Source of the DNA: Patescibacteria group bacterium
Lineage (GTDB): Bacteria > Patescibacteriota > UBA1384 > 2-12-FULL-50-11
NCBI GenBank assembly: GCA_038058635.1
Contig: JBBUAP010000001.1
Location: 295,877 to 359,876 of the forward strand
Reading direction: 5' to 3'
DNA: 64,000 nt
Within the stretch, counting starts at the first letter, position 1, and every line of letters starts with the position of its first letter. Of the stretch, positions 18,304 to 28,092 are shown piece by piece. The position numbers were made by a program, and so were the translations under genes. The notes beneath the pieces are model-generated. The model was not told where the DNA came from. It was given only the letters and a program-made list of their open reading frames with translations, and made no database searches.

Positions 18304-18777
18304 ATGAAGTGGCTGATGTTACTGGTCGTCGTCGGGCTGACCATTGGCCCGTTCGGACATCTCGCCCAATCGGCGCCGATGACACCCAATTTGTTGGTGG
18401 TATTTTTGTGGGCCATGAGCTGGTTTCGCGGTCGCGAGCAAACACTAGCTTTGGCGATTGGGGGCGGCTTGTTACTAGATCTGGTCGGCTGGAATTGGTT
18501 TGGGCTCTGGACAATCAGCGCCGTCGCCGTCGTTTGGGTAATCAGTCTACTCAAAGGGCGACTTCTGGCCACCAGCTCGATTCTCCACGCCCTGCTGGCC
18601 CTGGCGGTAGTCTCGCTGATTGCGCCGCTACTACTCTCGATCGCCACCGGAACTATTGATGTCAAAGAAGTTAGTCTTGTGGTATTGGGCAATGTACTAC
18701 TTGGCCTAATTGTTTATTATCTGTTAGCAATGAGATTAAGAATGTTTCAACGATGGGCCGGCCGAAGAATCGCGTAG
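18304..18777 (+). CDS. mreD: Rod shape-determining protein MreD
   Basis: PNLLVV, GGLLLDLV; hydrophobic; lies between mreC and PBP2. Confidence 0.85.
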   Translation: MKWLMLLVVVGLTIGPFGHLAQSAPMTPNLLVVFLWAMSWFRGREQTLALAIGGGLLLDLVGWNWFGLWTISAVAVVWVISLLKGRLLATSSILHALLALAVVSLIAPLLLSIATGTIDVKEVSLVVLGNVLLGLIVYYLLAMRLRMFQRWAGRRIA

Positions 18778-20789
18778 ACTGGAATCCGGTTCGCCGGGTA
18801 CTGATGCTTCTTTGGGCGCCGATTGGTTGGGTCGCGGCGCACTTAAGGGTATCAAAAATCAGATCGACAGATTCCGGCATTTTTGACCCCTACCTACCGC
18901 TCGGTTCGCTTAAATCAGTCGCTGTCGAATATTCAGCCGACCTCGAGCCTTCTGGAGACACTGGCGTCTTGGAATCAAGTGATGGACTTGGCCGACGGTC
19001 GTTTTTCATCCTCAAGGCAGTTGCCTTTTTGGTGGCTTCTCTATTTGCCTTTCGCTTAATCTCCCTGCAGATAACCCAGGGGCAAGAGAATTATCGTTTA
19101 GCCGAGGGTAATCGTCTCAAAACCACCCTGATTTCAGCGCCGAGAGGTTTGATTTATGATCGCAATGGCGTGCCGCTGGTTCAAAACGCTCCGAGCTTTT
19201 CGCTGATTCTTCGTCCCAGTGAGGTGCCGAAGAAAAAAGACGATCGTCAGAGATATCTGGATGATCTAGCGAGACAGCTGTCCCTGGATCGGGCCGAACT
19301 AGCTTCGAAACTCGACGCCCAAGCTAGCCGCGATGTCGTCACATTGCTCGATGGCTTGAATCGCGATCAGGCACTTTCTTTAGAGTTAAAGACCCACGAC
19401 TTAACTGCCGTCGAATTAATCAAGCAGCCGGTTCGATTGTATAGCGGCGTCCCGTCGATGGGTAATTTACTGGGGTATATCGGCAAGGTTGACCCCGAAG
19501 ATCTCAAACAGCGCCCTAACCTTCTTTCAACGGATTATGTCGGCAAGTCTGGCATTGAAACGACTTACGACGAACTTCTCCAAGGCATTCCAGGGCAAGA
19601 GATCGTTGAAGTTGATTCCGTGGGCCGATCTGTCAGAGCAGTTGGCAACAAGCCACCGACACCAGGGAGCTCGTTAATTCTCGGGTTAGACTCAACCGTG
19701 CAACAGGTTGCCGCGACCGCCCTGCAAGAATCAATCACCAAATCCGGCGCCATCAACGGCGCGGCCGTCGCTATCGATGTTAACACCGGCGAAATTGTGT
19801 CGATGGTCAGCTTACCGACATTTGACAACAATCTCTTCTCGCCCCTAACTGATTCCAATATTCGCCAACAAGTCCTTCAAGATCCTGGCTCGCCCTTGAT
19901 CAATCGTGCAATTTCCGGCCAGTACCCGTCTGGGTCAACAATTAAACCCTTTGTGGCAACGGCGGGACTTGCGACAGGGGTAATAAACGCCAATACAAAA
20001 ATAGATACGTCGGCCGGTAAAATTGAGATTGGCCCGTGGGTTTTTCACGACTGGAAAACTCACGGCGTTAGCGATGTGCGCCAGGCACTCGCCGAAAGTA
20101 ATAACATCTTCTTTTATTCACTCGGTGGTGGCTACAAACAAATCGGCGGCCTCGGGGCTGATCGTTTAAGTGAGTGGCTAACAAAGTTCGGTTTTGGTTC
20201 TATTACCGGCATCGACATTCCGGGCGAACAAGACGGCTTAGTTCCAACGCCCGACTGGAAGAAGAAAACTAAAAAAGAAGCTTGGTACATCGGCGACACC
20301 TACAACCTTTCAATCGGGCAAGGCGATCTACTAGTGACGCCGCTCCAATTAGCGCGGGCAACCGCCGCTATTGCCAATAACGGCCAGTTGTTAACGCCTA
20401 GGTTAGTTAAATCGTCATTCTCTTCATCTGCTGGCCAAGAAGATTATCCAACTAAAAGCATAAAAGAGAATCTGGCGCCTGGGGCCGCCTTACAAGCCGT
20501 TCGTGAAGGTATGCGCCAGGCGGTGCTGACTGGCTCGGCCCGCACATTCGCCACTTTACCTGTCGAGGTGGCAGCCAAAACCGGTACCGCCCAGTTCGAC
20601 AAAGCTAAAGAAAAGACCCACTCTTGGTTAACCGCTTTCGTGCCGTATAATAATCCTCAAATAGCCATCACGGTCATCGTTGAAGGTGGCGGCGAAGGAT
20701 ATGTTGTGGCGGCGCCAGTGGTCAAAAATATTATCGAGGCTTACTTCAAGCTACCAATCACGCCGATCCAACCTTTGAGCGAAAATTAG
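18753..20789 (+). CDS. mrdA: Penicillin-binding protein 2
   Basis: APRGLIYDRNG, YPSGSTIKP (SxxK), SNN, KTGTAQ. Confidence 0.95.
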   Translation: MGRPKNRVDWNPVRRVLMLLWAPIGWVAAHLRVSKIRSTDSGIFDPYLPLGSLKSVAVEYSADLEPSGDTGVLESSDGLGRRSFFILKAVAFLVASLFAFRLISLQITQGQENYRLAEGNRLKTTLISAPRGLIYDRNGVPLVQNAPSFSLILRPSEVPKKKDDRQRYLDDLARQLSLDRAELASKLDAQASRDVVTLLDGLNRDQALSLELKTHDLTAVELIKQPVRLYSGVPSMGNLLGYIGKVDPEDLKQRPNLLSTDYVGKSGIETTYDELLQGIPGQEIVEVDSVGRSVRAVGNKPPTPGSSLILGLDSTVQQVAATALQESITKSGAINGAAVAIDVNTGEIVSMVSLPTFDNNLFSPLTDSNIRQQVLQDPGSPLINRAISGQYPSGSTIKPFVATAGLATGVINANTKIDTSAGKIEIGPWVFHDWKTHGVSDVRQALAESNNIFFYSLGGGYKQIGGLGADRLSEWLTKFGFGSITGIDIPGEQDGLVPTPDWKKKTKKEAWYIGDTYNLSIGQGDLLVTPLQLARATAAIANNGQLLTPRLVKSSFSSSAGQEDYPTKSIKENLAPGAALQAVREGMRQAVLTGSARTFATLPVEVAAKTGTAQFDKAKEKTHSWLTAFVPYNNPQIAITVIVEGGGEGYVVAAPVVKNIIEAYFKLPITPIQPLSEN

Positions 20790-20921
20790 ATAGTCGCTCT
20801 GCTCCTAGCTCTCCCTTCCTCTAGTCGGTCGACATAGTCGCTCTGCTCCTAGCTCTCCCTTCCTCTAGTCGGTCGACATAGTCGCTTCGCTCCTAGCTCT
20901 CGTCGACAAGCGGCTCTACAT
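20790..20921. repeat. Three tandem copies of a 42-44 bp module
   Basis: Two identical ATAGTCGCTCTGCTCCTAGCTCTCCCTTCCTCTAGTCGGTCGAC units plus a variant whose first 25 bp match the reverse complement of the module nested in element A. Confidence 0.92.
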
Positions 20922-21014
20922 TGTAAGAACTCACAGAATCTAGTCTCCTATTGCGCTAGACTTCAGCTAAAACGACGACTTGTCTGGCGTCGCCATTTGT
21001 AGGAATATACTAAT

Positions 21015-22166
21015 ATGTCACCAAAACTTTTCGAACAACTTTTCGAGCAAATTAAACGTGTTATCACCAAACCGCTCTGCCTAACAGACGAACGGGGGGT
21101 AATATACAAGGACTTTTCTGATTTCGGGAACCAAAAACAACTAACACTCCGCGGTACCGTTAGTGATGGCGTTCGTTCACTGGCCGTCGAAGGTGATGAA
21201 TCTGCTCAAGCAATCCCGATTTTTTTAGAAGGTAAACTATTACTAATAGTAGTAGTTAAGGTTTCGCTTGAAGATATTCAAACGGCCCAGATTATTAACA
21301 GTCTGGCCGAACTAATTGTCCAGCAGTTTATTTTAGAGCACAAACCTAAACCCGATGCCGTTGACTTACTCTTGACTCGAGTTGCCTTCCGACCGCAGAC
21401 ACTCGATCCGGAGGAGCTGTCCGAGCAGATGACGGCGCTGGGCTTTCGGCTCGACCTGCCGCGGGTGGCTGTGACTTTCGAGCTGAAAGGTTTTTGGGAT
21501 AACTATCTCCAGACGCTCGGCTCCCCGCTCGGAGAGAAAGAGGGTCTAATCGAAGCCAAGAAGCGCGATCTCAACCAATCGCTGACGAGTTTCTTCACCA
21601 AAAATCCGGACAACCTAGTCGGATTCATCGGCAAAGACACCTTTTTGATACTGAAAGACCTGCACGATACTGACTACACTCGATTCTGTTCTCTCCTATC
21701 TCGTCACTACAGCGAAATTACCGCCCCGTTGAAAAATGTCCATATTAGCGAAGTGACAGTTGGCATCGGATCGCCGGCATCATCGCCAAGCGGTTTAATT
21801 CGCTCGGTCCAAGAAGCCAGGCAGGTCCTAACAATCGGCCAGAAAATTATTGGTAGCAATCAAACTCATCGCTTTGATTCGCTCGGTGTCCTGCCGCTCC
21901 TACTGATGGGTAACGACCAGCAGAAAAAAGAGTTTTCCAGCAAAATGTTCTCCGGGCTTGATGACGATCAACTAACCCAAACCCTGGAGGCCTTCATCGC
22001 CGCCGATCTGAATCTGACTCAAGCGGCGACCAAACTCAAGATCCATCGCAATACCGTTATCTATCGTCTCGATCGGATTCAAGAAAAACTGGGGCGTGAT
22101 CCTCGGAAATTCACCGATGCCGTCGAACTCTACCTGGCCTCGTTGTTTGCGAAGTTGTTTGACTAG
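21015..22166 (+). CDS. CdaR/PucR family transcriptional regulator
   Basis: N-terminal ITKPLCLTDERGVI, central VTVGIGS, C-terminal HTH NLTQAATKLKIHRNTVIYRLDRI. Confidence 0.9.
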   Translation: MSPKLFEQLFEQIKRVITKPLCLTDERGVIYKDFSDFGNQKQLTLRGTVSDGVRSLAVEGDESAQAIPIFLEGKLLLIVVVKVSLEDIQTAQIINSLAELIVQQFILEHKPKPDAVDLLLTRVAFRPQTLDPEELSEQMTALGFRLDLPRVAVTFELKGFWDNYLQTLGSPLGEKEGLIEAKKRDLNQSLTSFFTKNPDNLVGFIGKDTFLILKDLHDTDYTRFCSLLSRHYSEITAPLKNVHISEVTVGIGSPASSPSGLIRSVQEARQVLTIGQKIIGSNQTHRFDSLGVLPLLLMGNDQQKKEFSSKMFSGLDDDQLTQTLEAFIAADLNLTQAATKLKIHRNTVIYRLDRIQEKLGRDPRKFTDAVELYLASLFAKLFD

Positions 22167-22717
22167 CCCCTCTTTTTCAGGGTATTTTCCATCAATGTAT
22201 CGTAACCTTGTTCGATTCGATCAGAATCATCGATTCCTAAACGCTTGAGAAAATTAAATAATTCATCCTGAACTCCGCTTACGTCCCCGCCGTCTTCTAG
22301 AAGTTTCTCGAGCTCAATAAAAGTTCCCAACAGCTCAACTTCATCCAAACATATCTCAACGCCCTTAAACTGAGACTTCCGACGGACTTTCTTGATCTCT
22401 GACGCCAGCACGTAACCAAGCGCTTCCAGCATCTTCTCTGCTTGATCCGGATCACTAACGGCCGTCTCGAGTTCGAAGCTGTCTAGTTCGTTGGTCTCAG
22501 AGCGTTTTAGGGTTAAAAGCGACTTATCTTCTTGGCGACGGACTCTTAGGAAGCTGACCCCGATCTGTCGTGTTCCAAACTTCTCTTTCACCGAAGCAGG
22601 CGAAAAGACCCTGTCGTGTTGGGCTATAGGGGGTCCAAACTTTACGTTCAAATCCCCAAGTCTAGCTAGTACTAGGGATGGGTTCGAAACTCGTGCCTTG
22701 ACTTCTACCTCTCTCAT
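22163..22717 (-). CDS. CYTH domain / class IV adenylate cyclase-like protein
   Basis: EVEVK, FLRVR, LTLK, KVRRK, ICLDEVELLGTFIELE. Confidence 0.9.
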   Translation of the reverse strand: MREVEVKARVSNPSLVLARLGDLNVKFGPPIAQHDRVFSPASVKEKFGTRQIGVSFLRVRRQEDKSLLTLKRSETNELDSFELETAVSDPDQAEKMLEALGYVLASEIKKVRRKSQFKGVEICLDEVELLGTFIELEKLLEDGGDVSGVQDELFNFLKRLGIDDSDRIEQGYDTLMENTLKKRG

Positions 22718-23009
22718 TTAGGATATTTTATAGACATTTGCGGTTGGTGTAAACCAAAAGACTCAAGCACCGTGTGGAGACCTTTTTCCTCCAAATACTC
22801 GAGTTCTTTTGGTAATTTGACCGCCCTCTGTCGCTATAGGTGAGCTATCTGCTCGGCCTCGTTTAGTGATCTGGCCGATCCCGAAAGCTCTTCTGTCGAT
22901 CTTGGGTTGTCTTGGGGCAGAAGGTAGAAGGAGCAAACAATGAAAAACACTACTTTACTTTGCCAGATTATCGTATGAAGTCATTAGCATAAGCTACGAA
23001 GAACTGTCT

Positions 23010-23387
23010 TTACTGTAATCGTTTGTTGACGATCTCGACCATTTCGTCGGGGGTGTGGTAGGACTTGACGAGATAATCAACGGCACCGAGGGAAAAAGCC
23101 AGCTGTTTGTCAGAGTCTGATTGTTCGCTGCCTAGATTAGTCAGCACAATGACCGGAATGTCGCGAGTATCGAGATTTCTTTTTAACCGTCTCAAAACTT
23201 CAAAACCGTTGATGCCCGGCAGTAAAATATCCAATAAAATTAAATCGGCACCAAGGTCGGCTTTTTTCAGCGCCTCGTTGCCGTCTCGGGCAATCTCTAG
23301 CTGAAACTCTTCTTCACCGAAGCGCTCCTGATACAAATCGATCAATAACGGCTCATCCTCAACTAGTAAAACTCGTTTGTTACTCAC
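23010..23387 (-). CDS. Single-domain response regulator
   Basis: VLLVEDE, DLILLDILLPGINGFEVL, GAVDYLVK. Confidence 0.93.
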   Translation of the reverse strand: MSNKRVLLVEDEPLLIDLYQERFGEEEFQLEIARDGNEALKKADLGADLILLDILLPGINGFEVLRRLKRNLDTRDIPVIVLTNLGSEQSDSDKQLAFSLGAVDYLVKSYHTPDEMVEIVNKRLQ

Positions 23388-25024
23388 TTTTTACTCCTCT
23401 TAGTTTGTTCTAATGGGAAGGCAACGGCAAAATGCGTTCCTTTGCCCGCCCGGCTTTTAACTGTAATGGTTCCATTCTGTTTTTCAACAAAGGATTTCAC
23501 AATATACAACCCCAAACCGGCGCCTTGCTCTCGCGACTGCTCTGGCCGATGAGCCCGATGGAACTTTTCGAAAATTTCTTCAATATTTTTCGAGCTGATA
23601 CCGATACCGCTGTCACGGATATTGACGATCAGCTGGGGATTTAAGCCCTGGCGATCCTCGGAGTTTTCGAGCGAGACCTTGATCGATCCTTGCTCAGTGT
23701 ACTTGGTGGCATTATCGATTAGGTTGGCAAATATCTGCTCGGTTCGTTCCCGATCAAGTCGGACGGTGTCGGGGAGCTTGCTGGTAGTTAGCGACAGCGT
23801 CACGCCCTTGGCGAGGGCCTTAGGCTTAAAGTCGCGAACGACTTTTTTCAGAATGGGGAAAAGATGAATACTCTGGGGCTTAAACGATAGGCGGTCTTGG
23901 TCGATTTGAGTCACCCGGAGGAGATCTTCCGCCAGCCGTCCCAAGCGGTTACTGGCTTTGGTGGCTTGCGACAGGTAGGAGAGTTGTTTCTCGGTTAAAT
24001 TATCTCCCTTGCGCTCGAGTAAACTCAAATAGCCCTTAACGGCCGTCAGGGGTGTGCGCAATTCGTGGGTAGCGATCGAAATAAATTCATTTTTCTTCTG
24101 CTCGAGATTCTTTTTGTGAGAAATGTCACGTGCAACCAGAACGGCTTGCTCAAACACGCCGGAGCGGTTTTTGTAGATTGTCACTAAACAACTAACCCAG
24201 CGCAGTTCATCGTTTTGAGTCAAGATTTGGAAATCGGCGCTGATATGTTTTGGTTCCGGGCTCTTAGCTTCCCCAGAGAGAATCGTCAGCCAGTCGAGCT
24301 GACCAACCCGGCGGAAGAACTGTTCGAAGGGGCGATTGACCGTTTCCGAGCTTCTAAAACCAGTTAAGCGTTGCATCGACCGGTTCCAGAGCGTTATCTG
24401 CCCAGAGCTATTGGTCATGACCATGCCTTCGCCGAGCTGGCTCGTCAGATTGGTGATCGTAGTCGCTTGCTGTTGAAGGTTTTGCGCGAGCTGATTATTT
24501 TTTAGGCGTAAGCCTAAAACTTGTCGAATTACTTCAAAAACGCGGCTGGTTTCAGTCGAGATCGAACGGCTACTGACGGTCAGGAGATAGTTCTGCTGGC
24601 CGTCTAACTCGCCTAAAGACATCAGGTGACAATTTGTCATCGTTTTTTGATTGACCTGGAGGGCGACGGGGGAGCTTTTATTAAAATGGTAATGCTCGGG
24701 TTTAGCGATTCTTTGGATTAGCTTGGTCTCGACACAGCGGAGAGCTTTCTTGCTCGACAAATTGGTAGCGATAATCTGGGCTCCAAGCGGGCCAGCCCCC
24801 CAAATAATAACCCCCTCACAACCTGTTATCTTCGGCAGAAAAACGCAGAGTCGAGCGTAAAGCTGGGCCACAGTGACCGATTCGTTGCTAATCAAACCCA
24901 ACAATTCTAGTCGGAGCGCCTTTTGATCAACAGCCGTCTCGGGCAAGACATAGAGACGCGACAGCAGTTTTTCCCAAGACGGCAAAGTTGGTAGACGGAC
25001 CAGACGGCGTTCTTCAGGTATCAT
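23384..25024 (-). CDS. Cytoplasmic PAS-domain histidine kinase
   Basis: PAS (ITLWNRSMQRLTG), H-box ATHELRTPLT, NLIDNATKY, DSGIGI, GAGLGLYI. Confidence 0.93.
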   Translation of the reverse strand: MIPEERRLVRLPTLPSWEKLLSRLYVLPETAVDQKALRLELLGLISNESVTVAQLYARLCVFLPKITGCEGVIIWGAGPLGAQIIATNLSSKKALRCVETKLIQRIAKPEHYHFNKSSPVALQVNQKTMTNCHLMSLGELDGQQNYLLTVSSRSISTETSRVFEVIRQVLGLRLKNNQLAQNLQQQATTITNLTSQLGEGMVMTNSSGQITLWNRSMQRLTGFRSSETVNRPFEQFFRRVGQLDWLTILSGEAKSPEPKHISADFQILTQNDELRWVSCLVTIYKNRSGVFEQAVLVARDISHKKNLEQKKNEFISIATHELRTPLTAVKGYLSLLERKGDNLTEKQLSYLSQATKASNRLGRLAEDLLRVTQIDQDRLSFKPQSIHLFPILKKVVRDFKPKALAKGVTLSLTTSKLPDTVRLDRERTEQIFANLIDNATKYTEQGSIKVSLENSEDRQGLNPQLIVNIRDSGIGISSKNIEEIFEKFHRAHRPEQSREQGAGLGLYIVKSFVEKQNGTITVKSRAGKGTHFAVAFPLEQTKRSKK

Positions 25025-25147
25025 GGTTGTGTTTCAGTCATGGGTTTAGTATACAGCGCCTGGCCAGCTGGTTTGATGGAGGTATTCTCTCATATTTTCT
25101 GTACACCTGTTACTTTTTTGTAGATTCCTACAAAATAGCGCTAACCC

Positions 25148-25175
25148 TTGACAGAATTTGAGAGGTTGCTAAACT
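25148..25175 (+). promoter_or_regulatory. Sigma70-type promoter upstream of greA
   Basis: TTGACA-16 nt-TAAACT with TGn extension. Confidence 0.6.
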
Positions 25176-25332
25176 CTTTGTATCAGCTTAACTTACTTCG
25201 CCCGTCTCTGGCTCTAGGGCGAATCGAATTAGCTAACAAACAGTCCACCAACGAACACCACCTAACATACAAACAACACACAGTGCTGGACTGGCCGGAT
25301 TAAAAGTTAAATAATATTTCCTGTTTAGAACA

Positions 25333-25800
25333 ATGCTAAAAAAAGATATCCTCATTACCGAAGAAGGTCTGGAGAAAGTCAAGAACGAGCTGAACGAGCT
25401 ACTGACGGTTCGCCGTCCAGAAGTAATTAACCGTATTAAAGGAGCCAAAGAACTTGGTGATTTATCGGAAAATGCCGAATATTCCGCTGCCAAAGAAGAG
25501 CAGTCGTTTGTTGAGGGACGGATTCAGGAAGTCGAGGAGATTATCAAGCATGCCAAAATCGCCGCTACTAGCTCTGATTGCAACGGTAGCATCGCTATCG
25601 GCTGTCATGTGACGGTCTTGGTTGACGGCGAACAAGACAAATTCGAACTCGTCGGCCCGACCGAATCAGACCCAGCTAAAGGCAAGATTTCGGTTGACTC
25701 ACCAGTTGGCAAGGCCCTGCTTGGCCACAAAGCCAAAGATACCGTCTCAGTTGAAACTCCCGACGGTAAAATTCAGTACAAAATCATTTCCGTCGACTAG
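25333..25800 (+). CDS. greA: Transcription elongation factor GreA
   Basis: GDLSENAEYSAAKEEQ, ISVDSPVGKALLG. Confidence 0.97.
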   Translation: MLKKDILITEEGLEKVKNELNELLTVRRPEVINRIKGAKELGDLSENAEYSAAKEEQSFVEGRIQEVEEIIKHAKIAATSSDCNGSIAIGCHVTVLVDGEQDKFELVGPTESDPAKGKISVDSPVGKALLGHKAKDTVSVETPDGKIQYKIISVD

Positions 25801-26041
25801 CTAAGTCACGGTAGTAGCGACACTGCCGTTCGTTGAAGCACTGGAGTACCAGAACAACTCACGACAGCATCGCTAGTACCTAATTGCTTCTGAGCCCTTT
25901 GACTTTCACTATAGAATAGGGTATATTTCTCGTGTTCATTAACAAGGATTGTTGAGGTTGGCTTTTGGCAAACGATTATTCGTTTTTCAGAAGCCAATCT
26001 CAACAGAGAAAAGCAACCATCCTGTTCCCGAGGTACTGACC

Positions 26042-26713
26042 ATGAATGATGCTCACGTAGCGCTCCTCGATGCTCGAGGACCGCTCACCGACCTTCTCAA
26101 GAAGCTATCCGGCAATGACGGCCAGCAATGGCTCGATGCCCTCAAGCGATTCAACCGCAAGGAGAATCCTTGGGAAGTAAAACCTGTTAAAGCCGCAAAG
26201 CAAGAGGCCCCGTTCGGTTTCCCGGCGCTCCCATTACGCCACGCAAAGTTCGTTTTGGATCTGCCGGTGTATGCCTCCAAGGAGGCGTTCATTGAAGCCG
26301 TGAAGAAGAGCGGTTACCTGTTTACTGAAGGCGCGCTTAGCGTTGTTGCTCACGACGACTGGGAGCTCCTCACCGAGGGGGGCAAGTACGGATTCTGGGA
26401 GTACACGGTCCGCGAGCTGACTGGCAAGAATGAAGTGAAGACCCCCGTCTTCTACGAGGCTATTCACGCCCACAAGTTCATCGACGCTCCGCATCAATCG
26501 ACCGGAGATCTTGGGATCGCCTACATCGATCGCTCGCACAGAGAATTGATGGTGGTGATAAGCGACCCCATTCCGGACCCTGCCGGCATCCCAGCTTACC
26601 TCCAATTGCTGGTGCGCGATTCCGGAGGTTCGCTCGTGCTTATGGAGCATGCTCGCCCGGACGACATCTGGTACGGCAATGGGCGTGTCCTGGTCTGCCG
26701 CAAGCTGGATTAA
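26042..26713 (+). CDS. Hypothetical protein
   Basis: GAGGT Shine-Dalgarno, N-terminal DLLKKLSG...WLDALKRFNRKENPW; own TTGACT...TATATT promoter and terminator. Confidence 0.7.
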   Translation: MNDAHVALLDARGPLTDLLKKLSGNDGQQWLDALKRFNRKENPWEVKPVKAAKQEAPFGFPALPLRHAKFVLDLPVYASKEAFIEAVKKSGYLFTEGALSVVAHDDWELLTEGGKYGFWEYTVRELTGKNEVKTPVFYEAIHAHKFIDAPHQSTGDLGIAYIDRSHRELMVVISDPIPDPAGIPAYLQLLVRDSGGSLVLMEHARPDDIWYGNGRVLVCRKLD

Positions 26714-26764
26714 CTCTTGTGGGTTGGCCGCTTACATCTTCTCGTTTCTTGTCCCTTGCCTTCG

Positions 26765-26789
26765 GGACCGCGCTTGCGCGGTCCTTTTT
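26765..26789 (+). terminator. Rho-independent terminator
   Basis: GGACCGCG-CTTG-CGCGGTCC-TTTTT. Confidence 0.8.
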
Positions 26790-26848
26790 CATACAAAAGA
26801 CGACAAAAGCCCTTGGCGTTTCAGGAGGGGGTTTGGTACACTACCAAC

Positions 26849-28060
26849 ATGATTGATCGTGATTTATTGCGTCAACATCCCGAGATTGTTAAAGAGTCGC
26901 TGACCAAACGCGGCGAAGATCCTAAAAAGCTGGATCGATATCTCGAACTCGAAAAAAAGTGGCGCGCTATCGCTAGCCAAGTTGAGCCGTTACAGGCAGA
27001 AAAGAACAAACTCTCCCGGGGCGGTAAACCTAGCCCAGCCCTATTAAAGAAAGCTCAGGAATTGAGCAAAAAGATTGCTGCCAAAGAAGGCGACCTCAAG
27101 GCCGCCGAGATGGCCTATCAGACCGCCGCCAAAGCATTGCCAAATCTTGTGGCCGATGACGTACCGGTCGGACCAGGCGAATCAGCCAACACTACTATCG
27201 GGCAATTTGGCCGGATTCGTCTTCAAACTGGCAAGCCGCATCACGAGCTGATGACGAAGCTCGGTTGGCTAGACCTAAAAACAGCCGCCGAATTTTCCGG
27301 ATCTCGCTTTCGTTACCTAAAAGGCAATGCCGCCTGGGCTCATCTACAGATCATGGGCGAAGCCCTGCGCTTAGCCGTCCATCACGGTTTTACCCCAGTT
27401 ATTCCGCCGGTCATGACGAGAACAGAAACGCTCGAGAAAGCCGGCTTCTTGCCTTTTGCCGAAGATGATTTTTTTAAGATTGAGGGCGATGACCTGCTCT
27501 TAACCGGAACGAGCGAGCAAACCCTCTTAGCTTTGATGGCGGGCAAAACTTTCAAGGAGAGTGAGCTACCAATCCGCTTGGTCGGTTTTTCGACTTGCTT
27601 CCGGAGAGAGGTTGGTTCTTATGGTAAGGATGTTGAGGGCATGTTCCGTCAACATCAATTCGACAAAGTTGAGATGGTTTCAATTACCACGCCCGAAACA
27701 GCTCTCGAAGAGCACGAGTTCCTCGTCTCGATGGAAGAAATGTTCGTCAAGAAGTTGGGCTTGCCTTATCAGAAGGTTTTGATCGGGAGCGGCGATTTAG
27801 GGCCAACGGCGGTCAAAAAGATTGATATCGAGGCCTGGTTTCCGTCGCAAGGGCGTTATCGCGAAACCCATTCGGCCAGTAACTGTACCGATTTTCAGGC
27901 TCGGCGGCTGGGCATTAAATACCGAACCCTTGACGGCCAAGAGCGACTGACCCACACCCTCAATGGCACGCTGGCGACCGAGCGATTGCTTATTTCATAC
28001 ATTGAGAACAACCAACGGCCTGACGGCTCGGTTAATCTGCCCCGTCATTGGCGGGTATAG
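26849..28060 (+). CDS. serS: Serine--tRNA ligase
   Basis: LTGTSEQ, FSTCFRREVG, FRQHQFDKVE, SASNCTDFQARRL, HTLNGT. Confidence 0.97.
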   Translation: MIDRDLLRQHPEIVKESLTKRGEDPKKLDRYLELEKKWRAIASQVEPLQAEKNKLSRGGKPSPALLKKAQELSKKIAAKEGDLKAAEMAYQTAAKALPNLVADDVPVGPGESANTTIGQFGRIRLQTGKPHHELMTKLGWLDLKTAAEFSGSRFRYLKGNAAWAHLQIMGEALRLAVHHGFTPVIPPVMTRTETLEKAGFLPFAEDDFFKIEGDDLLLTGTSEQTLLALMAGKTFKESELPIRLVGFSTCFRREVGSYGKDVEGMFRQHQFDKVEMVSITTPETALEEHEFLVSMEEMFVKKLGLPYQKVLIGSGDLGPTAVKKIDIEAWFPSQGRYRETHSASNCTDFQARRLGIKYRTLDGQERLTHTLNGTLATERLLISYIENNQRPDGSVNLPRHWRV

Positions 28061-28092
28061 CTGATGTGGTTAGACTTTAAACAGGTTCACAG

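Noticed and set aside
20775-20786. TTGAGCGAAAA at the mrdA 3' end as a third MITE core
   Set aside because: The match is short and has no partner TTTGCAGCCGAAAT or terminal IRs nearby.
20790-20921. CRISPR array
   Set aside because: The first two units are identical end to end, so there are no unique spacers, and there are no cas genes in the window.
25810-25880. SRP RNA
   Set aside because: It lacks the CAGG-stem-GNRA-stem-AGCA arrangement on either strand.
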